The notes beneath the pieces were generated by a model. That model was not told the DNA's origin. It searched no databases and worked only from the letters and a program-made list of their open reading frames with translations. Made by a program: the position numbers and the translations under genes. Shown here piece after piece: positions 35,330 through 46,420 of a stretch of DNA of 64,000 nt (within the stretch, counting starts at the first letter, position 1; every line of letters starts with the position of its first letter). The stretch is from the NCBI GenBank assembly GCA_963837025.1, contig CAWILT010000002.1, positions 422,554-486,553 of the forward strand, written 5' to 3'. Source of the DNA: an uncultured Alphaproteobacteria bacterium. GTDB taxonomy: Bacteria > Pseudomonadota > Alphaproteobacteria > Rickettsiales > JALZUV01.

Positions 35330-36538
35330 ATGAAAACCCCTAGACAAAACTCCCTTCCCGACGAAAACGGCCATTTTGGCATTTTTGGTGGCCGCTATGT
35401 GGCTGAAACTTTAATGCCGCTGATTTTAGAGGTCGAAAAAGCCTATAAATCCATCGCGAATGATGCCGATTTTTGGAGTGAGTTTGATGCGCTTGCCGCC
35501 GATTATATTGGCCGCCCATCGCCGCTTTATCATGCGAAGCGTTTAAGCGAACATTTGGGCGGTGCGAAAATTTATTTCAAACGCGATGAGTTAAATCATA
35601 CCGGCGCGCACAAAATTAATAACTGCATTGGCCAAGCGCTGATTGCTCGCAAACTGGGCCGCAAACGTATTATTGCCGAAACAGGCGCTGGCCAACATGG
35701 AGTGGCTACTGCCACTGTCTGCGCATTATTTGGCCTTGAATGTGTCGTCTATATGGGTGCCAAAGATATGGAGCGCCAAAAGCCCAACGTATTTCGCATG
35801 AAGCTGCTGGGCGCTAAAATTGTGCCCGTCACCAACGGCTCGGGCACGCTTAAAGATGCCATGAACGAAGCCCTGCGCGACTGGGTGAGCAATGTTGATT
35901 CCAGTTATTACCTCATCGGTACAGCCGCAGGCCCGCATCCATTCCCCGAAATGGTGCGCGAATTTCAAAGCGTGATTGGCCGCGAAACCAAAGAACAAAT
36001 GATGGCCAAAGAAGGCCGCTTGCCCGATTCGCTAGTGGCCTGCATTGGTGGCGGCAGCAACGCCATTGGATTATTTCATCCTTTTATTGATGATGAGTTA
36101 GTGCAAATTTACGGTGTTGAAGCGGCGGGCAAAGGCTTGGAAAGTGGCGCACATGCCGCCTCACTCGCCAAAGGAAAGCCCGGAATTTTACATGGCAACC
36201 GCACCTATTTGCTGCAAAATGACGATGGGCAAATTCAAGAAGCGCACAGTATTTCTGCTGGCCTCGATTACCCTGGCATCGGCCCCGAACATAGCTACTT
36301 AAACGATATTGGACGGGTTAAATATGTGAGCGTAACCGATGATGAGGCGCTTGCCGCCTTCAAACTCTGCACCGAAAAAGAGGGTATTTTGCCAGCATTA
36401 GAGCCCGCCCACGCTTTAGCATATGTCACTAAAATTGCGCCCACATTACCCAGCGATCACATCATGGTAATGAACCTTTGCGGCCGTGGCGATAAAGACA
36501 TATTCACCCTCGCAGAAGCGTTTGGAGTAGAGCTATGA
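35330..36538 (+). CDS. trpB: tryptophan synthase beta chain
   Basis: Contains GHFG.FGGRYV and HTGAHKINN (PLP lysine) and a GGGSNA motif. Confidence 0.97.
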   Translation: MKTPRQNSLPDENGHFGIFGGRYVAETLMPLILEVEKAYKSIANDADFWSEFDALAADYIGRPSPLYHAKRLSEHLGGAKIYFKRDELNHTGAHKINNCIGQALIARKLGRKRIIAETGAGQHGVATATVCALFGLECVVYMGAKDMERQKPNVFRMKLLGAKIVPVTNGSGTLKDAMNEALRDWVSNVDSSYYLIGTAAGPHPFPEMVREFQSVIGRETKEQMMAKEGRLPDSLVACIGGGSNAIGLFHPFIDDELVQIYGVEAAGKGLESGAHAASLAKGKPGILHGNRTYLLQNDDGQIQEAHSISAGLDYPGIGPEHSYLNDIGRVKYVSVTDDEALAAFKLCTEKEGILPALEPAHALAYVTKIAPTLPSDHIMVMNLCGRGDKDIFTLAEAFGVEL

Positions 36539-37326
36539 GCCAGCGCCTAGCCGCTAAATTTGCTGCGTTGAAGGTGGCTCAAAAGAAGTCATTTATTCCT
36601 TTTATCATGGCTGGCGACCCTGATGCAAAATCGAGTTTAGAACTCCTCAAAGCATTGCCAGCAGCCGGTGCTGATATTATTGAAATTGGTATGCCTTTTT
36701 CCGATCCGATGGCTGATGGGCCGGTGATTGAAGCGGCTGGAAATCGCGCCCTCAGCGGGGGCATGAGCCTAACCAAAACGCTTGATATCGTGGCGGAGTT
36801 TCGCCAAAGCGATACGCAAACTCCCATCATCCTCATGGGTTATAGCAACCCGCCTTACATCATGGGTTGGGAAAAATTTTGCGCAAATGCTAAGCAAGCG
36901 GGCGTGGATGGGGTTATCCTCGTGGACTTGCCGCCCGAAGAAGAAAATGAAGCAACTGGATTTTTAGCCGCCAACGCAATTGATTTAATCCGCCTCGTCA
37001 CCCCCACTGCCGATGCGGCACGCCGTGAGGTTATTTTAAAATCCGCCAGCGGATTTGTCTATTATGTTTCGGTTGCAGGTATTACCGGCGATAAATCGGC
37101 CAGCTCCCCTGCGCTTGATACGGCCATGCGCGACTTGCGCGCTCAAACTTCGCTGCCACTCGCCATCGGTTTTGGCATTAAAACGCCCGAGCAAGCCGCC
37201 GCCGCTGCACAGCACGCCGACGCAGTCGTCGTAGGTTCCGCCATTGTAAAATGTTTAAATGAAAACGGCACTGATGCCGCATTGCAGTTAGTGCGTGATT
37301 TGGCTAATGCGGTGCATTCACTATAA
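36535..37326 (+). CDS. trpA: tryptophan synthase alpha chain
   Basis: Contains the EIG.PFSDP.ADGP.I motif. It overlaps the trpB stop by 4 nt. Confidence 0.95.
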   Translation: MSQRLAAKFAALKVAQKKSFIPFIMAGDPDAKSSLELLKALPAAGADIIEIGMPFSDPMADGPVIEAAGNRALSGGMSLTKTLDIVAEFRQSDTQTPIILMGYSNPPYIMGWEKFCANAKQAGVDGVILVDLPPEEENEATGFLAANAIDLIRLVTPTADAARREVILKSASGFVYYVSVAGITGDKSASSPALDTAMRDLRAQTSLPLAIGFGIKTPEQAAAAAQHADAVVVGSAIVKCLNENGTDAALQLVRDLANAVHSL

Positions 37327-37327
37327 A

Positions 37328-39145
37328 TTAAGCCGCTTCATCAAAGGCTAGAATGACATCAAGCAAGGGCTGGCCATAACGATCTAGTTTGGTTTGGCCG
37401 ATGCCGCTAATGTGCATCATGGCATCTAGGCTGTTAGGTTTTTGGGTGGCAAGTTCTATGAGTGTTTTATCGTGAAACACCACATATGCGGGCACTTTAT
37501 TCTCTTTCGCAAGTGCTGCACGGGCTGTTTTTAATTGTTCAAAAAGGGATTGGGCAGCAGCATTAGGCAGTGCTTGTGCGGCCACTTTAGAAGATGATTT
37601 TTGGCTGTTTTTAGAGTCAGATTTCGCAGGCATTTCGCGCAAATGGAGCTCGGATTTTGCTTTCAAAAAATCAGCGCCTTGGGGGCTTATGGCTACGCCG
37701 CCATGTGCGCCATCTACTGCCAATAAATTCTGCGCGATGAGTTGACGAAAAATATTTTGCCATTGTGGTTTGGTATGTTCTTGCCCAATGCCGAACGTGC
37801 TTTGCGCATCATGCCCAAATTTTTGCATGCGATCATCCGCTTTGCCCAACAATACATTGATTAAATACATCACACCAAAACGCTGACCGGTGCGATAGGC
37901 ACAGGATAACGCTTTTTGCGCGGCGGTGGTGGCATTAAAGGTGGAAGGCGGGTTATCGCAGCTATCGCAATTGCCGCAGGGCTCGGCCTCATCGCCAAAA
38001 TAGCGTAACAGATGTTGGCGGCGACAAGTGGCCGATTCGCATAAAGCAAGCAGCGCATTGAGCTTTTGATGTTCAATCCGCTTTTGCGCATCAGGCGCAT
38101 CAGAGCCTTCAATCCATTGGCGCTGTTGGGCGGCATCTTCCAGCCCATAAATCATATAGGCCTGTGCGGGCAAACCATCGCGCCCTGCACGGCCTGTTTC
38201 TTGATAGTAAGCTTCAATATTTTTAGGCGTGTTCATATGCACCACAAAACGCACATCGGGCTTATCAATGCCCATACCAAAGGCAATGGTGGCCACCATA
38301 ATCACCGCATCTTCACGCAGGAATTGCGTTTGATTGGCACTGCGAATTTCAGACGCTAACCCAGCATGATAGGGCAGAGCATTTAACCCCGACTCGCGCA
38401 AAAATGCCGCCATCTCATCCACTTTTTTACGCGAGATGCAATACACAATTCCACTTTGGCCAATGTATGAGTGTTGTATGAAATCTAGCACTTGCTGCTT
38501 GGCTTTGGTGCGCGCCACAATGCGGTAATGGATATTGGGGCGGTCAAATCCGCTGATAAATTGTTGGCCTTGTGCTAGGTGCAAACGCTCCACAATATCT
38601 TTGCGCGTGGGGTGATCGGCTGTTGCTGTCAGCGCGATGCGCGGCACATGGGCGAAGCGCTCAGCCAGCAGCGATAGTTTCACATAATCGGGTCGAAAAT
38701 CATGCCCCCATTGCGAAACGCAATGCGCTTCATCAATCGCAAATAGCGCAATAGTGGCGGTGTCTAGTTCGTTCAAAAACTCGGGCATTACAAGGCGCTC
38801 AGGCGCGACATAAAGCAAATCAATCGTGCCTTCTTGCAAGGCGCGCTTGGCATCACTCACCTGCCCAAATGACAGCCCCGAATGAATGGCCGCCGCGCGA
38901 ATACCGAGTTGATCCAGCGCGATAATCTGATCTTGCATCAAGGCAATTAGCGGCGAAATAATAATACCGACGCCTTTGCGCATTAGCGACGGAATTTGAT
39001 AGCACAGCGATTTTCCGCCGCCAGTGGGCATTAGCACAAAGGCGTTTTGGCCGCTCACAACGCAGTCAATAATTTCGGCTTGAGGGCTACGAAACGCGCC
39101 ATAGCCATAGGTCGTTTTTAAAATATCTAATGCGGTTTTAGCCAT
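37328..39145 (-). CDS. recQ: ATP-dependent DNA helicase RecQ
   Basis: Contains FGY..FR..Q, MPTGGGKSLCYQ, DEAHC.SQWGHDFRP, a Zn-binding Cys cluster, and RQC and HRDC domains. The ATG at 39145 (MAKTALDIL) is chosen. Confidence 0.95.
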   Translation of the reverse strand: MAKTALDILKTTYGYGAFRSPQAEIIDCVVSGQNAFVLMPTGGGKSLCYQIPSLMRKGVGIIISPLIALMQDQIIALDQLGIRAAAIHSGLSFGQVSDAKRALQEGTIDLLYVAPERLVMPEFLNELDTATIALFAIDEAHCVSQWGHDFRPDYVKLSLLAERFAHVPRIALTATADHPTRKDIVERLHLAQGQQFISGFDRPNIHYRIVARTKAKQQVLDFIQHSYIGQSGIVYCISRKKVDEMAAFLRESGLNALPYHAGLASEIRSANQTQFLREDAVIMVATIAFGMGIDKPDVRFVVHMNTPKNIEAYYQETGRAGRDGLPAQAYMIYGLEDAAQQRQWIEGSDAPDAQKRIEHQKLNALLALCESATCRRQHLLRYFGDEAEPCGNCDSCDNPPSTFNATTAAQKALSCAYRTGQRFGVMYLINVLLGKADDRMQKFGHDAQSTFGIGQEHTKPQWQNIFRQLIAQNLLAVDGAHGGVAISPQGADFLKAKSELHLREMPAKSDSKNSQKSSSKVAAQALPNAAAQSLFEQLKTARAALAKENKVPAYVVFHDKTLIELATQKPNSLDAMMHISGIGQTKLDRYGQPLLDVILAFDEAA

Positions 39146-39875
39146 TAGGCAGCACCAATGGACGCAGCTGATATTGGTTATCCCACGCATTGCCATAAAT
39201 CGGTTCGCCTGGGTCAATCTGGTTTTGCAAACCTAAAACGACACCCTCTAACAGTGCCTCCACGCAGGCAGCAATATTCGCGTCAGCTGACGAAACACGA
39301 TGTTCAATATGTTTATTATCCAAGGGCTTATCAGGCAGCCGAATTGCAACGGAACGGTTATTAGGCCCCCAGCTTAAATGCGTAGGTGCATTTTTGCCTA
39401 AGCTGGTGAAGCGCTGCGTATCAAAGGGCGAAAAGATTTTTAAGTTTTTGGCCATGGTTTCGAGCAGGCCGCCAATGCTATGCAACATGGGCTCACTATA
39501 GTCGCCAGCTGGCGTGCGTGTAAAAACATTCGTGCCATTTTCATCTTCTAAATGCAGATGAAAATGAATTGAGCTACCATAATCATTAGGGAAGGGTTTG
39601 GCTGAAAAATCAGCATCTAAATACGCATTGATAATCTTGCGCAAATTGGTGGCACGAGTAATAAATTCAGCCACATTTTTAACCGGCCGCATCGCAATTT
39701 CATATTGCCCCACGCCGCGCTCTTTTTCCGATTCATGGCAGTGGTGGCAAATATCATTCAACGTATCAAGTATCGTCGATTCTGACAAATGGTCGGCCAC
39801 ATAAAATTCAAGCTCCATCGCAAAAACGGGATGGAGCTTGAATTGTGAAGTTAGAATTTCGAGTGGGCTAGGCAA
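39138..39875 (-). CDS. glutamine synthetase-like protein, catalytic domain only (no N-terminal beta-grasp domain)
   Basis: 245 aa with GS catalytic-domain landmarks in order: ELEFY, E.GVGQYEI, GSSIHFHL, APTHLSWGPNNRSVAIRLP and IEHRVSSADAN. Its ends overlap trxA and recQ by 8 nt each. Confidence 0.6.
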   Translation of the reverse strand: MPSPLEILTSQFKLHPVFAMELEFYVADHLSESTILDTLNDICHHCHESEKERGVGQYEIAMRPVKNVAEFITRATNLRKIINAYLDADFSAKPFPNDYGSSIHFHLHLEDENGTNVFTRTPAGDYSEPMLHSIGGLLETMAKNLKIFSPFDTQRFTSLGKNAPTHLSWGPNNRSVAIRLPDKPLDNKHIEHRVSSADANIAACVEALLEGVVLGLQNQIDPGEPIYGNAWDNQYQLRPLVLPNG

Positions 39876-40191
39876 CGACCGAATTTATCCACTCTTGTAA
39901 TTTAGACTTTGGCAATGCGCCAACTTTAGTGCCAATCACTTCACCACCTTTAAAAATCATCATCGTAGGAATGCCGCGCACGCCATATTTGCTGGGTGTT
40001 TCAGGGTTGTTGTCAATATTCACTTTTGCGACAGTTATCTTATCGCCCACTTCACTAGCAAGCTCATCTAAAATGGGGCCAACTTGTTTGCATGGACCAC
40101 ACCATTCAGCCCAAAAATCAACCAATACGGGTTTGTCGGATTTTAATACGCGGCTTTCAAAATCGCCATCATCAATATGTTCTGCGCCCAT
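39868..40191 (-). CDS. trxA: thioredoxin
   Basis: WAEWCGPCK active site; 107 aa. Confidence 0.97.
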   Translation of the reverse strand: MGAEHIDDGDFESRVLKSDKPVLVDFWAEWCGPCKQVGPILDELASEVGDKITVAKVNIDNNPETPSKYGVRGIPTMMIFKGGEVIGTKVGALPKSKLQEWINSVVA

Positions 40192-40226
40192 GAGGAGTCT
40201 CCTTTATTTATTTAAAATAATGTAGG

Positions 40227-43200
40227 TTAGTTTGGCGAAATTGCAAGGGGCATCAAAACAGGTTTTGCTGTCCATAAAATAGCCGCTTCAATGCGTTTAG
40301 ATGGATAGATAGGCGCAATGGCATTCACATACACTTGCATTTGCTGAGCAAAATAATCAGGCAATTGGCTGGCTGATTCAGGCACATGAATGCTGGTCTT
40401 ATAATCCACAATCAGCACCTTTTCTGGGCTAATTACCAAACGATCGATTTGTCCGGCAAGCACTTGACCGTTCGGCAGTAGCGCAGTAACCGGTACTTCC
40501 GCTAACGATCCTTCGGCAAATACGGCGGCAAACTGCGGATCGTTCAAAACCTGCATAACTTCTGCAATCCATTGCGCAGATTCTTGCGCTAACACGCCTT
40601 GTTTTTTCAATAAAATTTCAGCAGAAGCCGCACGCTGTTCTGGCGCTATCTGCGGTAATATTTCAAGTAGATGATGCATCAGCGTTCCGCGCTTAGCTTG
40701 CTTGCGCATTAAGGGTGAATCAGCAGCAGGCTCCTTTAATTCAGGGCGTGAGGGGGTAAGCGGGCGAGGCGGCAAAGGTTCAACGGGCATTGGCGCATGA
40801 ATCCAGCTTGGCAAACGCGTTTTTGACAGCGGTGATGCAGCACCATCAGATTTCGTTTCATCTGCTTCGACTGGTTTAAATTTATCTTCTAAAATCCAAT
40901 GGTCATCATGCTCTTCTGTGCCAATTTTTTGCATAGCCGCTGCAACTAATCCATACCAACTATCTTTATTAATTTTAGTGCTATTGCCGCCTAAATAACC
41001 ACCAATGTAAAGCTCATCCGCCGCGCGCGTTAAGGCCACATATAATAACCGGCGATGCTCGCGCAATTCATCGGCTTTGCGTTGCTCTTTTAACGCCTGC
41101 ACAAAACCAGAATTCTTTGCGCCATCTTGTGGCAAAAACAAGGCATCTTCTTGCCACAAAATTTGATCCTGCGCTTTTCCAATTGAGAGCGTATCAGGCA
41201 AAATAACGATAGGTGATTGCAAGCCTTTGCTATGATGCACCGTCATGACGCGCACTTGGCCAGTTGCTGCTTCCATCTCGCGTTTAATGATAATCTCATC
41301 ACGGCGCACGGCATGCATAAACCCTTGCAAACTCGGTGGATGAAGCTGCTCATAATCGCGGGCGAGTTTCAATAATTCATTAAGCGGGTCATGCATGTGA
41401 ACCCCTAATCGCGCAACCAGCTTTTCGCGCCCGCCTTGCGCTTCCAATAGATAGGCAAATAATTCATAGGGCCGCAAATAATCCACCTGATTTAACCAGC
41501 GTTTAAGCGTATCGGCAATATCAGGACGCTTGGCTATCACCGCATCCCAAAGGCTCATTTTTTCACGCCCATAAGCAAGGTCAAATAATGCATCTTCGCT
41601 CACATCAAAAAACGGCGATTTTAAAACACAAGCCAGCGATAAATCATCTTGCGGTAATAAAAGAAAATCAGCTAATGCCAGCACATCCATCACCGCAATT
41701 TGATCAAGCAATTTTAATCTATCTTCGCCTGCGACAGGAATATTGGCATTTTTTAACGTGCGAATAAGGCGATAATAAAACGGATTTCGCGAACGCACTA
41801 AAATTAAAATATCGCTAGGCTCAATCGCACGTCCTTTTGCTGCAATGAAACGTTTATCTCCTAACCACTCGCCAATAGTATGGCTGATTTGATTAGCGAG
41901 TAGCGCATCGGCACTCACGGTTTGGCGCGCATTTTTGCTATCGGGCACTTGCCACGGAATGCGTGCCTCATCTTCTTTTTGGGCTATCACAGGTGGCCAT
42001 AATTCTACCCGACCAGGCTGCTCGCTTCGGTCGGGTTGATGGTGAATATCTGCGCCCAGTTCTAACACCCCATCACGCGCATTTTCGTCACTAAACACCT
42101 TATCCACTAGGCGCAAAACTGCGGGGGTAGAGCGAAACGATAATTCTAACGATACCGGCTGCCATGCTTCGCCAGCCGCTTGAATCTTTTGCGCAAAATG
42201 CTGTTTCATTTCCAAGAATTTTCGTGGATCAGCGCCTTGAAAACTATAGATAGATTGTTTTTCATCGCCCACCACAAACAAGGTGCGTTTGGCTTTATTG
42301 GCGCTATGCCCGCTAAAAAATTCTTCGGCAAGTTGCTTGATAATTTCCCATTGAATAGGCGAGGTATCTTGCGCCTCATCCACCAGCAAATGCTCTAACC
42401 CATTATCGAGTTTATATAAAATCCATGGGGCAATATCAGGCTTTTGAAATAGCTGATGCGTTTGCGTAATTAAATCATCAAAATCTAGATAACCGCTATC
42501 GCGTTTTAACCTATCATAAAGCGCCAATAATGCCTCACCCAGCGATAAAGTAGCCAACGACCATTCCGCCGCTTCAAGCGCGAATAATTTTTGCATAACA
42601 GCAAATATGCGGTCACGTTCTTCAATTAAAATTTCAGCTAATTCGATATGTTTTTTAGCTAATGAACCGGTAATCACATAACTATCGGCAAATGGTTTAT
42701 CTAAATTTTTATTTAAAAAGCCTCGTGCCCAACTTTTAAAATCATCTTCAGTAATATTATGTGAATCAAGCTCCCATTTTTGAATCCATTCATCATAAAT
42801 GGGAGCTTTATCAGCGTCTCGTGATGAGCTTGCTCTTAAAATATCAGCGGCTAGTTTGAAAGATTTAATGCGTTGCGGGATTGTTTCATAATATTCCGCC
42901 AGAATCGTTTCGCGGGTTTCATTTTGCGCGATGCCAAGTTGCGCTTGAATATGATGCCTAATCTTTGCCGCGCCTTTGCCAGCATCTTCATTAAACCAAA
43001 TTTCGAGGATTTTTCGTTTTTTAATTATTTCATCTAATAGCGTATCTAACTGATCTTCACTTAACCGTTCGGCAAATAAGGTTAGTGCTTTACTCAAACC
43101 CTCAATATCTTTGGGCAAGCGTTGCTGGGTGAATAATCGTTGGCGTGCTTGCGTTAAAAGTATCGATGATTGCGAATTTTCCATTAAACGAAAATAAGGA

Positions 43201-43628
43201 GAAACTCCCGCTTCTAATGCAAACCGTTTCAACAAAGATTGGCATAGCGAATGCAGGGTCATTATACGCACGCCTTCCGGCGCTTCTAACACACGAATAA
43301 ATAATTGCTGAGCACGAAATAATTCATCTTCGCTGGGTGCTCGGCCAATGAGTCCGTTTAGTTCACGTTTTAAATCATATTCTGAAAGTTTAACCCATTT
43401 AGCCAATTCTTTTTGCAAGCGCGTCACCATTTCGGCGCTGGCGGCGTTGGTATAGGTAAGTGCTAGAATTTTCTCAGGCGCAGTGCCATCTAATAATAAA
43501 CGCAAAATACGGTCAGTGAGCACCTTGGTTTTGCCTGTGCCTGCATTGGCTGTAACCCAAACCGATTGGGTAGGATCAGCCGCTTGACGCTGGCTTTGCG
43601 TAATCATGATTTCTTTGGATTTGCCCAT
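40227..43628 (-). CDS. addA: double-strand break repair helicase AddA (UvrD-like helicase with a C-terminal PD-(D/E)xK nuclease)
   Basis: Contains ANAGTGKTKVLT Walker A, LLVDEAQDTSP, UvrD-family motifs, and a C-terminal nuclease-like G.IDRL...........IVDYKT. It is followed by trxA, as in many Alphaproteobacteria. Confidence 0.9.
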   Translation of the reverse strand: MGKSKEIMITQSQRQAADPTQSVWVTANAGTGKTKVLTDRILRLLLDGTAPEKILALTYTNAASAEMVTRLQKELAKWVKLSEYDLKRELNGLIGRAPSEDELFRAQQLFIRVLEAPEGVRIMTLHSLCQSLLKRFALEAGVSPYFRLMENSQSSILLTQARQRLFTQQRLPKDIEGLSKALTLFAERLSEDQLDTLLDEIIKKRKILEIWFNEDAGKGAAKIRHHIQAQLGIAQNETRETILAEYYETIPQRIKSFKLAADILRASSSRDADKAPIYDEWIQKWELDSHNITEDDFKSWARGFLNKNLDKPFADSYVITGSLAKKHIELAEILIEERDRIFAVMQKLFALEAAEWSLATLSLGEALLALYDRLKRDSGYLDFDDLITQTHQLFQKPDIAPWILYKLDNGLEHLLVDEAQDTSPIQWEIIKQLAEEFFSGHSANKAKRTLFVVGDEKQSIYSFQGADPRKFLEMKQHFAQKIQAAGEAWQPVSLELSFRSTPAVLRLVDKVFSDENARDGVLELGADIHHQPDRSEQPGRVELWPPVIAQKEDEARIPWQVPDSKNARQTVSADALLANQISHTIGEWLGDKRFIAAKGRAIEPSDILILVRSRNPFYYRLIRTLKNANIPVAGEDRLKLLDQIAVMDVLALADFLLLPQDDLSLACVLKSPFFDVSEDALFDLAYGREKMSLWDAVIAKRPDIADTLKRWLNQVDYLRPYELFAYLLEAQGGREKLVARLGVHMHDPLNELLKLARDYEQLHPPSLQGFMHAVRRDEIIIKREMEAATGQVRVMTVHHSKGLQSPIVILPDTLSIGKAQDQILWQEDALFLPQDGAKNSGFVQALKEQRKADELREHRRLLYVALTRAADELYIGGYLGGNSTKINKDSWYGLVAAAMQKIGTEEHDDHWILEDKFKPVEADETKSDGAASPLSKTRLPSWIHAPMPVEPLPPRPLTPSRPELKEPAADSPLMRKQAKRGTLMHHLLEILPQIAPEQRAASAEILLKKQGVLAQESAQWIAEVMQVLNDPQFAAVFAEGSLAEVPVTALLPNGQVLAGQIDRLVISPEKVLIVDYKTSIHVPESASQLPDYFAQQMQVYVNAIAPIYPSKRIEAAILWTAKPVLMPLAISPN

Positions 43629-43669
43629 AGGTTAAACCAACCTAGCGCATCGGCTCTAAGCGTAAAGAT

Positions 43670-44320
43670 TTATTTTGATAAGGTAGATTCGACCGCTGCG
43701 TTTTGCGTGGCTGCTGTAAATTTTGACCAGCTTTGCCCGTCCGCACGACTCGTAGGTTGCGTGTGCTCTGGTTTGGTTGGCGCAAGTTTATCCGCAGCAG
43801 TTTCAATGGGGGAAGGAATAGGCGACGGGACAGAGGATTTATCGCGGGCAATAATGTTGCTTTGCGCTTCGCGGCGATCTTCATCATTTTCGATGCGCTC
43901 TTGTTGTTCGCGCGTTAAATTAGTTTGGATGTTAGCCAAGGCGCTATCGGTTGGTGCAAGGCCAGGATTAACAGGTATATCTTTTGTAGGGGCAATTTGG
44001 CTTCCCTGCATTCCACGCGTGGCACCTTTACCCATTTCAAATTCATCTGCGTAATGCCTTGCTGAAAGTTTGGTCTGACCTGAGCCTACTTTAAGTTTAT
44101 ACTCCTCACGCGTGCTATCGCGTTCAATATAAGAAAAAACAGCGCCTGCCGCTGATGCAGCCCCAGCAATGATGCCTGCAACACCACCAATAATTAATAC
44201 AGAATAAACAGCTACTGCGGCCAGAGCAACAAAGGCAGCACCCCAAAAAATCGCTTCATAACGCAACATGGTGCGTTCGCGGCCTTCGGTTTCTATTTCA
44301 TGTTCTACAGAATGACTCAT
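43670..44320 (-). CDS. hypothetical membrane protein with one Gly/Ala-rich TM hairpin
   Basis: The hydrophobic hairpin [43 protein letters not shown] is followed by a polar, P/S/T-rich tail. The antisense ORF looks like noise. Confidence 0.6.
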   Translation of the reverse strand: MSHSVEHEIETEGRERTMLRYEAIFWGAAFVALAAVAVYSVLIIGGVAGIIAGAASAAGAVFSYIERDSTREEYKLKVGSGQTKLSARHYADEFEMGKGATRGMQGSQIAPTKDIPVNPGLAPTDSALANIQTNLTREQQERIENDEDRREAQSNIIARDKSSVPSPIPSPIETAADKLAPTKPEHTQPTSRADGQSWSKFTAATQNAAVESTLSK

Positions 44321-44410
44321 GATGTCACTATAGGGTATGAATTTTACAGTTTGATGACAACGCGTAACTTTGCTAAAAGAGCGCTAACGATAATTACGAT
44401 AAGAGCAACC

Positions 44411-45949
44411 ATGCCGCAGCAAGCAATTATTACCGAACTCGAAAAACGCCGTGAATCCGCACGTAACGGTGGGGGCGAGGCTCGCACCGCAAAACAACAT
44501 GAAAAAGGCAAACTCACCGCACGCGAACGGATTGAGGTGCTGGTTGATGCTGATTCTTTTGAAGAATTTGATATGTTTGTCGAGCATCGCTGCGAGCATT
44601 TTGGCATGGAAGATAACCGCATCGCAGGCGATGGCTGCGTTACCGGCCAAGGCACCATTAACGGGCGCTTAGTATTTGTTTATAGCCAAGATTTCACTGT
44701 TTTAGGTGGTTCGCTTTCCGAAACAAATGGCAAAAAAATCTGTAAATTGATGGATATGGCCATGAAAGTGGGTGCTCCCGTTATTGGCATGAACGATTCG
44801 GGCGGCGCGCGTATTCAAGAAGGGGTCGATTCGCTTTCAGGCTATGCTGAAATTTTTCAGCGCAATGTGTTAGCCTCAGGTGTAGTGCCGCAAATTTCGC
44901 TCATTATGGGCCCTTGCGCCGGTGGCGCGGTTTATTCACCCGCATTGACGGACTTTACCTTTATGGTTAAAGGCAGCAGCTACATGTTTGTGACTGGCCC
45001 CGATGTGGTAAAAACCGTTACGCATGAGGTGGTTAGCCAAGAAACGCTCGGTGGTGCTGATGTACATACGAAAAAGAGCGGTGTAGCTGATCGCGCGTTC
45101 AATCACGATATCGATGCCTTATTGCAAACGCGCCGCTTATTTAACTATCTGCCTCTATGCAACCGCAGCGGCGTGCCTTCACGCCCGACTCCTGATCCGG
45201 TCGATCGCATTGAAATGTCGCTCAATACGCTTGTTCCCGAAAATCCGAATAAAGCCTATGATATGAAAGAGCTTATCTATCGCATTGTTGATGAAGGCGA
45301 TTTCTTTGAAATTCAACCTGAATGGGCGAAAAATATTGTTATTGGTTTTGGTCGAATGGATGGTCATACGGTAGGGTTCGTTGGCAATAACCCCATGCAT
45401 TTAGCAGGCTGTTTAGATATTGATGCCAGCCGCAAAGCCGCGCGTTTTGTGCGCTTTTGCGATGCGTTTAGTATTCCATTAGTCAATTTGGTTGATGTTC
45501 CTGGGTTTTTGCCCGGTACCGCCCAAGAGCATAATGGTATTATCAAACATGGCGCGAAACTGCTTTATGCTTATGCCGAAGCCACTGTGCCTAAAGTTAC
45601 CATCATCACCCGCAAAGCCTATGGTGGTGCTTATATTGTAATGAGTAGCAAGCACTTACGCGGCGATGTAAATTATGCGTGGCCAACAGCCGAAGTGGCG
45701 GTAATGGGCCCCAAAGGCGCGGTAGAAATCATCTTCCGTGGCAGCCTTAAAAACAGCGCTGAGGCGGATAAAAAAGTGGAAGAATATCGCGAAAAATTTG
45801 CTAGCCCCTTTGTTGCCGCATCACGCGGTTATATTGATGATATTATCCGCCCACAAAACACGCGTGCGCGCATTTGTCGTTCACTTGGTATTTTACGCAA
45901 GAAAAAGCTCGAAAACCCGTGGAAAAAACACGATAATTTACCTTTATAA
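44411..45949 (+). CDS. pccB: acyl-CoA carboxylase carboxyltransferase subunit (propionyl-CoA carboxylase beta type)
   Basis: Typical PccB sequence ([51 protein letters not shown]). The ATG at 44411 is chosen. Confidence 0.88.
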   Translation: MPQQAIITELEKRRESARNGGGEARTAKQHEKGKLTARERIEVLVDADSFEEFDMFVEHRCEHFGMEDNRIAGDGCVTGQGTINGRLVFVYSQDFTVLGGSLSETNGKKICKLMDMAMKVGAPVIGMNDSGGARIQEGVDSLSGYAEIFQRNVLASGVVPQISLIMGPCAGGAVYSPALTDFTFMVKGSSYMFVTGPDVVKTVTHEVVSQETLGGADVHTKKSGVADRAFNHDIDALLQTRRLFNYLPLCNRSGVPSRPTPDPVDRIEMSLNTLVPENPNKAYDMKELIYRIVDEGDFFEIQPEWAKNIVIGFGRMDGHTVGFVGNNPMHLAGCLDIDASRKAARFVRFCDAFSIPLVNLVDVPGFLPGTAQEHNGIIKHGAKLLYAYAEATVPKVTIITRKAYGGAYIVMSSKHLRGDVNYAWPTAEVAVMGPKGAVEIIFRGSLKNSAEADKKVEEYREKFASPFVAASRGYIDDIIRPQNTRARICRSLGILRKKKLENPWKKHDNLPL

Positions 45950-45963
45950 AGAAAGAGAAAATT

Positions 45964-46218
45964 ATGGCTAAAATCGAAGTTTATAGCACCAATTATTGCC
46001 CCTATTGTGTGCGCGCGAAAGATTTATTAAAGCGCAAAGGTGCTGAATTTACTGAAATTGATGTCACCAATGATGATGATGGCCGCATTGCGTTAGTGGA
46101 GCGTGCAGGAGGTCGCCGTACCGTACCTCAAATTTTCATTGATGATGCCCATATTGGTGGTTTTGACGATTTGGCCGCATTGGATAAAGCGGGTAAATTA
46201 GATAATTTGATCGCGTAA
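45964..46218 (+). CDS. grxC: glutaredoxin 3
   Basis: 84 aa with a CPYC active site and TVPQIFI..HIGG.DD. Confidence 0.92.
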   Translation: MAKIEVYSTNYCPYCVRAKDLLKRKGAEFTEIDVTNDDDGRIALVERAGGRRTVPQIFIDDAHIGGFDDLAALDKAGKLDNLIA

Positions 46219-46420
46219 AATAATCAATAAATGATGATTTTCGGCGTGTTGTTTCAAACACACTAAATGCGGCTTTTAAGCCACGCGCCTGTGTGTAACT
46301 GCTCTAAATCACTGAAAAATTCACGTTTTTATAACATCTTTATTTGACAGTTGGGCGTAAATGCCTAATTTGTGGCAAATACGTCTATAAATTTTATCCC
46401 CAGACATACAGGAGTTTTCT

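Noticed and set aside
44300-44410. The long form of pccB, starting at 44300.
   Set aside because: The extra 37 aa overlap the divergent 216-aa gene's start and do not resemble PccB. The ATG at 44411 ([15 protein letters not shown]) fits the family.
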